A stretch of 64,000 nt of DNA. It comes from Octopus vulgaris. Lineage: Eukaryota. This document shows positions 54,309 to 64,000 of this stretch, one piece after another. The translations under genes and the position numbers were made by a program. The stretch covers positions 29,078,001-29,142,000 of the forward strand of contig OX597825.1 of the NCBI GenBank assembly GCA_951406725.2. Reading direction: 5' to 3'. How positions within the stretch are numbered: position 1 is the first letter of the stretch; the number at the start of each line of letters is the position of its first letter. The notes under the pieces were generated by a model that saw nothing but the letters and a program-made list of their open reading frames with translations, did no database searches and was not told the DNA's origin.

Positions 54309-55616
54309 GGACTGCTATGGATTAGCTAGCTCTCACTGCTCTATAAAGCAGCTACATAGGCTACAAGTAAACTGATTTCCTTTAATGGACAAATCACCTT
54401 CCATGCCTGCTTGTCGTGGTCCAGCTACCACTAACCAAGAAACTGTATTTAAACTAGAGTTCGGCGCTCTAACCATCCAACAAAAACTCAGAATCCAGCT
54501 TATGTAGTGCTTGCTCAGGTATCAGGTGAACTTAACCTCTGCATCTCTCATATTGCTCGATTGAATCTTTCACTTTCACCCCACCCTGGAGCTCAAAATA
54601 CCTGACTTGATAAGACGATGGTCCCCAGCGCGAAGTTACTCAAGTACCTTTTTATGGAGAGGCCTTCTAAATCTGCAAGATATGGATTGAAACTGTTATA
54701 GTTATTACATTAGCCAACACTTACATTCTTTTTTAACAATGGTAAGGTATAATTTGTAATATTTGGGTACGTTTTCTTGTAAATCGAACCATTATTTAAA
54801 CGAGTCCAGCTCCAATCATTTGAAAGGACCTCCAAGGATTGAAAAGGCAGCAGCGGGAGACTGCTTTGTTTAACACAATTTAGATGGTTTCCGGCTTTTT
54901 AAACTTGTCCAATCCCTGAGTGAAGGAAGAATTATGTGGATGTAAAATGCATTTTGTGATCTTAGTAATAAAGAAAGAGAGTATCATCCCCAAATATTTG
55001 GGTGGCTGGGGGCTGCTGGTATTGGCCGTTTTGATAATTCTCGCATAAAGGATCCTATATTGGTGCATGGCATTAATTAGTTTTTATTATTGTCACAAGA
55101 AATTCAACGATCATAACTCGTTCAATTTGCGCTTCGCTCTATGTTCGATAATAACTAACATTGCAACCATAATGGAAGGAAAGGAGTTGTTATGTAATCA
55201 AATTCGGGCAAATTAAATCGATAATATTCTATTTATGGATTGCTCGAAACAGAATTGTAAAGCATATATATCAGAGTATCCCTTTAATTCAAACAAATTT
55301 TTAGGTTTAATGAAACCATTGAAATGAAATCTGGAATTTGGAAATTTAAGTAAATGTGATGCCGGGAAAATAAGAAGAAAATTAATTGAAAGTTATTGGA
55401 GAAAATTAGAAAATTATTATGGAAAATATACTTAGAGATGTATATTTACAGAATTTTGAGAATTGAGCAGACATCTGTCTTATATAACCATAAATAATAA
55501 CTTTGTGTCGTTTTTGATGTGAAGCAGAGAAACACTTTAGAGGAATATAGAAGAGCAAGCTTGTTAGAAAAGAATTATTTGAAGCCAGCGACTATACAGT
55601 GAATAACTACATTCTT

Positions 55617-56047
55617 GGATCTTTTCGGTTTGAACGGCAGTTTTTAACATAATTTCTAGGTAACTAAAAAATTTTTAATTTCGTATTCTCGTAGAATGTG
55701 TTTTTAAAACATCTTTTTCTCTTGATTTTATTGAGAAAATTCTATAGTTTGTAAGATATTTGTTGTTTTTTTCTTCAATTTTTGCAATTTCAACCAATCA
55801 GTGACGTCTATTGAGTTAAAAAGCATTCTGTGCCGTATGAATATGTCCCTCGTTTAAGACACCGATTGGGTTTATTTACATTTGTGAAGAAAAAAAGATA
55901 CCCTTCCCCCACCCCTAACCCTAACCCTAACTAATCCTAACCCTAAAAGAGATTGAAATGCAATAGATCGATTCTAGGGTCATAATTATGGGTGGCAATT
56001 TCATATGATACCGCTAGAAAAAACTGCCGTTCAAACCGAAAAGATCC
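55617..56047. mobile_element. Merlin-like MITE with 29-bp perfect TIRs and 8-bp TSD
   Basis: TIR GGATCTTTTCGGTTTGAACGGCAGTTTTT at 55617-55645 and 56019-56047. ACATTCTT is duplicated at 55609-55616 and 56048-56055. GG termini with an 8-bp TSD fit Merlin/IS1016. Confidence 0.88.
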
Positions 56048-57543
56048 ACATTCTTTGATAAGGAATATTGGAAAGATTTCTATATTCTGAATATTCGAGA
56101 TTAAGGAGTAGTTAGTTATACAGAATATATAAAGTAAGGAATGCAGTAAGCAATCGAGACAGCAAGTACGTGTTCTTCAAATAAAATTAATAGATCTAAT
56201 GCCAATAGTGTTATGGTCTGTTTCGCTTGCCCTCTTAAAAGATCGATAAAATGTTTTTTTCTGAAACTAATTAAAACCGTGAATGGCTAAAAAGGAAAGA
56301 AAATTATATTGTAGTATAACTGCGCTTCTGACTAACGCGCAGCTGCGCAACGCAAACTTTGGTACTTCATAATATAAAGAGAATTTTAATTTAGACAGAT
56401 TTTGTGTATTTCTAAAAGCTTGAAATGGTGCTTCCTCAATTTATTTGCTTCAGTTTATACACAGTCTGAAATCAAGTCATTTATTGTACAACTTCGAAAC
56501 TTCCATTGCTAAAACAGATAGAATTTTGGTTCCTATTCTGGAAGTAGACCAAATATCGTGAGAGTGTATTGTAGGAAAGACTGGATACCCGAAATGTTCA
56601 CTTTTAATAAGTTAGACATCATGTAAGCTGCGATGGAAATTAGAATTAGAAATATTAAGAATCTTAATCACTTTCTTCTTGGAGACAAGCAGAGTTTTGT
56701 ATAAAATTAGAAGCGTAACTAATTCAACTTAAATTTTTGCTTTAGTATATTAGATTCACTCCGGAGAATTATCAAAGGAACACTAACTGCAGAGGGGTTT
56801 GAACTCGTGATGTGAATGAATGAAATTAAATACTGTCAAAATTAGCATTACGTTGACTGGGTCGATAATTTGTTCCACAAATTTTCACGAAATAACAACC
56901 GAGAATCAATCGAACCTAGACGATAAAAGCTATCCAATGTCTAAAACCATCCAACTATGTATATATCGATAGCCGGTCTTTTTGACCGTTATAACATTAA
57001 TATGTCTAGCCGTTTCTCTTGCTGTATAGTTATGTGCGTTCATGTGCACAAATGTGTGTGTATGTGTATCTATATACATACATACACACACACAACACAC
57101 ATGCTCGTACATATATATATACATACGTTGCGTGTGTAGGCATTCATGTGTGTACGTTTGCGTGTTTGTACGCCTTTTAATTCTAATTAATCACGTACTA
57201 ACAGTTACTAACTTCGTTATATCTCCGGCCGTTTTCATTGTTGTGTGTATAATGAGAATATATTTGTATGAGTTTTTATACACACACACACACACACATG
57301 TATGTATGTATGTATGTATGTATGTATGTATGTATGTATGTATGTACGTGTATATGTGTGCGCGTACGAATGTGCGTGCATTACGAGTTAGACACGTACT
57401 AATACTCAGTACCTGTAGTAAATGCTTGAAAGGTTGTCACCGTTCTGACACTATTCAGTTTCGCCTCGTCGTGGTTAGAATGTAACTGGCCGTTTAATGT
57501 AGTGGATATTACGTGACTACCGTTAGGAAACAATACCATTTTG

Positions 57544-57591
<48 letters not shown>

Positions 57592-58659
57592 CTTTTTTAC
57601 CTTTCTCTCTCTCTTTTTTTATATCTTTCTCTCTCTCTTTTTTTTACCCTTCGCTCTCTCTTTTTATTTTTCTCCTCGACATTTCTCAGTATACATACAT
57701 ACATTCATACATATGTGTGTATATGTGTGTAAAATTTATGAATGAGTGTGTGTATTGTACGTGACTGTCTGTGTATGTATTATGTTTTAATATATCTACT
57801 TTGGTTCGTTTTATATCATCTATTTATTTTCTGCTCCTTCCGTTTACAGAACATTTTATATTCTATCACTCCCGAAAAAAGAGAAACACACGCACACACG
57901 CACACACACACACACACAAGCACACAAGAACACATGCGTATAAGCATACAGTGTCACTTAATTGAACAACATGACAATACTACTGATTAAACAGTAATTA
58001 CTTCCGGTTGTTTAATCACTTCCGATTCAAGCTTTAATTGAACAAAAAGAAAAACTTTTTTTTTCATTGGTTCCTTTACAAGGTTGTAAGTTTACTCACG
58101 AAAATGTTTAAACTTGCCTTATGCAATTATGGACAGTTTCATGAATGCCTCAGAGATAAACGTCACTTGATTTAAGAACATTTAAGCCAAATTTTGTTTT
58201 TTTTCAAACAATTTGGAATATATAATTGTCAACATAATGATTGTGAAGAATAAAACCATGCGGAATTACTTGCCCTTGGATTCTAAACTTCCTCAAAATC
58301 GAATCCTATCTACGTGACTCTGGATTTGTAATTTTTATAACTAGTTAGTTCCTACCCAGTTTTATTGTTACTGTTTTAATGCAACATAAATCATACTATC
58401 TAACTGCTTTTGTTCATTTTTTTCCTTCACATCATTATATCGACCCCTTTCACTCAGTTTTGTATCAGATTTATATCTGCGGATTGTGCTTACTACAACA
58501 GCACTCTTGATTCCTTGATTTCCTTGAATATCCCTGTTCAATGCTTCGTTGAAATTCAATGACCAATAGATTCACTCCAGCCTCTGACCCACAATCTCCC
58601 CACCTCTCTCTCTCTCTCTGCCTTTTCTGTTACTACTATGTTAACCTGTGTGAAGATTC

Positions 58660-58885
58660 GTGGCTTAGTGGTTAGAAGGCTGCGCTCATGGTCGTGAGAT
58701 TACGGTTCGATTCAGTGTGTTCTTGAACAAAACACTTTATTTCACGTTGCGCTTGTCCAGTTAGCCAGCAAAAGTGAGCACGCGACAGGCCTTGCAAATC
58801 GGTGATGGACTGAGGATCTGCCAGCAAAAATAGATATAAGGCGAGGGTATGGACTGAACTTTTGGACTGATAGGCCATATGCATA
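58660..58885 (+). mobile_element. Old tRNA-derived SINE
   Basis: GTGGCTTAGTGGTTAG A box, GGTTCGATTC B box and TTGAACAAAACACTTTATTTCAC body. Confidence 0.65.
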
Positions 58886-58899
58886 TCTGGTGTTTGTTA

Positions 58900-59140
58900 T
58901 TACTTTATTACGATGGCCTCCACTTCTCAGAGCATGCGAGTTTCTTTAACTCCATAACTCATGCATCCACTCCCGCTTTTCACCCCTTACCACTCTCGAT
59001 GCATCCAATACATACTCGGACCCATACTAACTAATGCTCTGGGTTTTCTCCTCAGAACATTGGTTCCATGGAATCCTCTTTCTGTTCATGTCTTTCCTGA
59101 AGGTGTTGACCTCAACAGTTTAAACGGAACATTAATGACA
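58900..59140 (+). mobile_element. Decayed APE-type LINE (Jockey/CR1-group) 3' end
   Basis: FLLRTLVPWNPLSVHVFPEGVDLNS resembles the FF.RT...WN.LP..VFP...NL..FK C-terminal motif. Confidence 0.5.
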
Positions 59141-59663
59141 TCAAGCTCAGCGTCTCGGAGCGCCATCAAACGTTCATGGCCAATGCCTCTTCCTCCATGA
59201 CCATCCAAACGACTATTGGCATATTAAAATACAGTTTTCTCCAAAATCTCTTGATAAGTTGTACGTTAATGATGCGCTTGATTTAATTTCTGACGTCGAC
59301 CCTTTTACCAGATACGAATTCCCAGACCACGACGTAATCACGTCCAATTATTGGTCTAATTGTCAGGTTCATGACAATTTCGTCTCCACGATCTGGTTGA
59401 AATTATTCTCCTATTCAGCGCCAGACGCACACTCGACCTCCAGAGCCAAACAGCGACATATATCTGAACCCTTTTGATTATATATGCAATTATATGTATG
59501 ACTTCCTCTCGGCCGCCGTCTTCCCTAATTCGTTCACAAAACCACAATAAATAGAAATGCGCACTCAAGGGTCGAATCTTGAGACCCGGAAGTGTACTTT
59601 CTTATAATAATGTCTGAGCATTCAGTGTATATATATATATATATATATATTTAATATATATAT

Positions 59664-59791
59664 ACATTAAATTAGAGATAAAACCACTATTAGGCCACTC
59701 AAACAGTGATAGTGGTTTTATCTCTAATTTAATGTGAAATTTGATTTAATCCTAAATCTAATTTTTCCCCTGTAAGTTTGGATATGCTCCC

Positions 59792-59797
<6 letters not shown>
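59664..59797. mobile_element. Minimal asymmetric fold-back element in TA repeats
   Basis: Perfect 27-bp inverted repeat (59664-59690 and 59709-59735), 18-nt spacer and 62-bp tail. Left arm and spacer match 51577-51620. Confidence 0.8.
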
Positions 59798-59874
<77 letters not shown>

Positions 59875-60429
59875 GTATGTACTCACACTTGTATATACTC
59901 AGATGTCTGCCCAGAGGGATTGAAATCTCGAGACTGCGTGATTGTATTTTGAACCTCTTAAGCATTTCCTTGTGCCTGAACATTTAGTACATATGTACTC
60001 ACACTTGCATTTAAGACAAATGTTTAATACTGTATTGATTTGAACAAATAAATCTTGACATTTTAGTTGTTCAGTCGGTTTTATAGTCTGTTAGGAACTT
60101 TAATAAATCTCAAGAAAATTGCCGGACAAAAACACCTTACGGTATTTATGTCATTTTACGTTTCAGGTCAACTTTTCCTTTTAACCTACCGGCGTTGATA
60201 GAATAGGAACCAGTCGAGTATTGAGTTTGATGTAATTGAATATATTTCTTCTCCCCTCAAGATATGAGTCACTGTGTCAACACTAGAAACTCTTATGATT
60301 GTTATCAGTAGCAAGACCCGGGGAAGTTTCACTCTTTATATTTGTTCTTATTTCCGATTGATACATTTACATTCAAAAACCTTCATATCAGTATTTCATT
60401 ATAGTGCAGATTTCAATTTACATCTTCGA

Positions 60430-60945
60430 TGTCCTTCCATAGTTAACGTTTCTCTGAGCTTAATACTGGAACTTGTTACTTTAAGAAACAAATTAAGATT
60501 ATGACTTTGATTGCGTTCCATAGTTAACATCGTTCAGCGCATAACACTGGAACTTATTAATTTCTCTAAGATTTACATCATGTCTTTGATTGCGTTCCAT
60601 AATTCACATTGTCCTGAGCGTAACACTGGTACTTGCTTTTATTACGACAAAGAAGGCGATTTGGGAGAATTGGTAGTACGTTGGACGAAATGCCGCTAAG
60701 CATTTCTTTAATCTTTTTGTTCTGAGTTCAAATCCCGCTGAGGTCAACTTTGCCTTTCATCCTTTCGGGATCGATAAAATAAGTACCAGTTGTATACTGT
60801 GATCGCTGTAATGATCTAGCTCCCTCTCCCCACAAATTTCTGGTCACGTGCCTACAGTAGAAAGGATTAAGACAAAGGCTTGGATCGTTTCAATTTCTTC
60901 CCATAGTTAGGGTCGTCGATAGCTTAACACTCGAACACTTACCAT
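60430..60945. repeat. About 80-bp tandem repeat x4, interrupted by a family B SINE (60654-60868)
   Basis: TTCCATAGTTAAC...AGC.TAA.ACTGGAACTT recurs at about 60434, 60516, 60595 and 60898. Confidence 0.7.
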
Positions 60946-61017
60946 GACAAGCAGAATAAAATTATAGATATTATCAACAACAGCGCTGTTGTCTCATTCC
61001 TAAATATTATCGGGCTC

Positions 61018-61393
61018 GTCGAGGCGCAATGGCCAAGTGGTTAGGGCAGCGGACTCGCGGTCATAGGATCGCGGTTTCGATTCCCAGACCGGGCGTTGTG
61101 AGTGTTTATTGAGCGAAAACACCTAAAAGCTCCACGAGGCTCCGGTGGTGATCCCTGCTGTACTCTTTCACCACAACTTTCTCTCACTCTTACTTCCTGT
61201 TTCTGTTGTACCTGTATTTCAAAGGGCCAGCCTTGTCACACTCTATGTCACGCTGAATATCCCCGAGAACTACGTTAAGGGTACACGTGTCTGTGGAGTG
61301 CTCAGCCACTTACACGTTAATTTCACGAGCAGGCTGTTCCGTTGATTCGGATCAGCCGGAACCCTCATCGTCGTAACCGACGGAGTGCTTCCC
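61018..61393 (+). mobile_element. SINE family C, full length with 12-bp TSD
   Basis: ATTATCGGGCTC is duplicated at 61006-61017 and 61394-61405. Near-identical to 9489-9875. Confidence 0.93.
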
Positions 61394-61715
61394 ATTATCG
61401 GGCTCACAAACATGAGATAGTGAGTTCGATTCCCGGACCGGGCTGTGGGTTGTGTTTTTGTTTTTGAGCAAGACACTTTATTTTGTGTTGCTCCAGTTCA
61501 CTCAGCTATAGAAATGAGTTGCGACCTCACTAATGCCAACCTTTATCTGGCCTTTGCCGATCCATTGGATAACATTGGTAGTGTGGAGAGTGGGGGCTGG
61601 TATGTATGGGCGACTGCTGGTCTTCCATAAACAACCTTGCCTGCACTTGTGCCCCAAAGGGTAACTTTCTAGGTGCAATCCCATGGTCATCCATGAGCGA
61701 AGGGCGTCTTCTTTA
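61394..61715 (+). mobile_element. Older tRNA-derived SINE hosting the family C insertion
   Basis: GAGTTCGATTCCC B box and TTGAGCAAGACACTTTATTT body directly follow the TSD. Confidence 0.65.
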
Positions 61716-62220
61716 CTCTTTATGTTTGAATTACCAAATTCTCAGCAATGACTTCACAGAAAGTCTCAGACTTTAGTTAATTCATGTAACTCTAGTAAGA
61801 CATGAGTGGATAAAAATTAAGTTTTCTTTTCTGTTATTTATTTCTCCCCGGAACACGACGAAATTATTACAAGTGAGAAGCGTCGACAGCCACGGGGCCT
61901 CGGGGCCTCAGAAATAATCAAATATGGAAGTATCTATGTGGTCGGCTTGACCGGCAAAAACAGAAAAGAAAAAGAAATAAAGGGAAAAAACAGCCAATCA
62001 GATCCCTTAAAATTAAACCATAGCATCTCTGAAATAAAGGAAGGATACATTGGCTAATTATAGTCGTGGATGGGATGGTCAAAGCTGGAATGCTCTTTTT
62101 CTTTTTCTTTTTAATCAGGACTGACTTGGGGCTAAACAAAAATGATTTCAATGAGATGTATAACCTTATTGCACATGTTACTAACACATATACTGTAACT
62201 ACTGTTACAGCTGTTGGCTA

Positions 62221-62261
<41 letters not shown>

Positions 62262-62367
62262 TTACTACTACTACTACTACTCTTTATGCTGCTGCTATTA
62301 CTACTACTACTACTACGACGACGACGACGACAACGACGACTACACCAACAACTAATATTTCTACTAT

Positions 62368-62436
<69 letters not shown>

Positions 62437-62528
62437 GACGCCGACGACAACGTCGCCGACAAAGACTACAACAACAACAACAACAACAACTACTACTACT
62501 GCTGCTGCTGCTGCAGCTGCTGCAGCTG

Positions 62529-62562
<34 letters not shown>

Positions 62563-63165
62563 AGTAACGTATATATCGATAGCGCAAGAACTATTACCAC
62601 CACCACTACCATCACCACCACCACCTCCACCACTTCTTCATGTAATAACAGTACTACGGAGATATATCGGTTATCTCTTTCATGACTATATATCAGATAT
62701 ATCGATTTCCACGCCCACCAGGTATTGGTTGTATCGATCTGCAAAGCAAAGCTAGAATATAGAAACCCAAGGTTTTTTTTCCTTTCCTTTTCCTTTCACC
62801 AATCTATTACTCAATATTATTACTGTTGTGTTCACTAACGAGATTAGCAATGTCCCTTTATCGACGATTTTTCAGTAAAGGATTTTACGTGTTTCTTACA
62901 CGTTACATGAAGTTAGGTTTTCAGGCGAGCTGGCCCGGTGGACGGCGACACGTAGACTAAGATGGCTCGTTTTAAAGATGAAGATTCAAACGTATCGTGT
63001 TTTTGGTTTATGCACAGGAAGAAAATCCCTGTTCTTCATTATCACAGTTTGTCTAATTGCCGATAGGAAATTGGTATCTCGAGATCTGCGATAGGTACCT
63101 TTGATTTTAATATTGGTTTATGTATGCATGTATGTTACATATATATATATGCGTGTGGGTGTGTA

Positions 63166-63252
<87 letters not shown>

Positions 63253-63455
63253 GTATATATATATATGTATATGTATATATATATATGTATATATATATAT
63301 GTATGTATATATACATGTATATATAAATATATATATGTATATATATATATGTATATATATATGTATATGTATATATATATGTATATATATATATGTATGT
63401 ATATATACATGTATATATAAATATATACATACATATATATATATATGTATATATG

Positions 63456-63488
<33 letters not shown>

Positions 63489-63511
63489 TTATATATATAT
63501 GTATATATGTA

Positions 63512-63915
63512 TACTCTTTTTACTCTTTTACTTGTTTCAGTCATTTGACTGCGGCCATACAGGAGCACCGCCTTTAGTCGAGCAAATCGACCTCAGGATT
63601 TATTCTTTGTAAGCCTTGTACTTATTCTATCGGTCTCTTTTGCCGTAACCGCTAGGTTACGAGGACGTAAACACACCAGCATCGGTTGTCAAGCGATGTT
63701 GGGGGGACAAACACAGACACACAATCATATACACACATATACATATACATATATACGACAGGCTTCTTTCAGTTTCCGTCTACCAAATCCACTGACAAGG
63801 CTTTGGTCGGTTCAAGGCTATAGTAGAAGACACTTGCCCAAGGTGACAGGCAGTGGAACTGAATCTGGAGCCGTGTGGTTGGTAAGCTAGCTACTTACCA
63901 CACAGCCACTCCTGT
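63512..63915 (-). mobile_element. SINE family A, full length
   Basis: Near-consensus copy. Confidence 0.92.
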
Positions 63916-64000
63916 AAGCATATATATTTGAAAAAATTAGTAGAGATGGCTTTTGGGGGGATAATTTAAATTTTAATGATAATGTTTACAGTTACTCTAA

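Noticed and set aside
55913-55946. Telomere or chromosome fusion site
   Set aside because: Only about five imperfect units, lying inside a TIR/TSD-bounded element.
62066-62755. 229-aa mucin-like Thr-rich ORF with hydrophobic N-terminus
   Set aside because: It is driven by (ACT)n repeats, and the N-terminus derives from an interspersed repeat and a T-run.

Overview
A 64-kb, very AT-rich, microsatellite-dense eukaryotic non-coding region. The SINE/LINE repertoire suggests an octopus or other coleoid cephalopod (inferred, not checked by a search). I found no convincing host gene, rRNA, tRNA or CRISPR array, and nearly all listed ORFs are microsatellite or SINE artefacts. The window holds three or more tRNA-derived SINE families, two families of 5'-truncated RLE-type non-LTR retrotransposons sitting in different microsatellites ((TAA)n and (CATA)n), a decayed hAT transposase, and Merlin-, mariner- and Tigger-like MITEs. 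The most interesting signal is a set of short elements embedded in (TA)n tracts. Several have an asymmetric fold-back structure (short inverted arm, spacer, direct arm plus a 60-70 bp tail), and several carry hammerhead-ribozyme-like cores (31.9, 35.3, 39.6, 40.0 and 51.9 kb). This is the structure expected of Penelope-like pLTR or retrozyme-type elements. A second notable signal is a SINE subfamily present as 1, 1.5 and 2 body units, with the same re-entry junction at independent loci.
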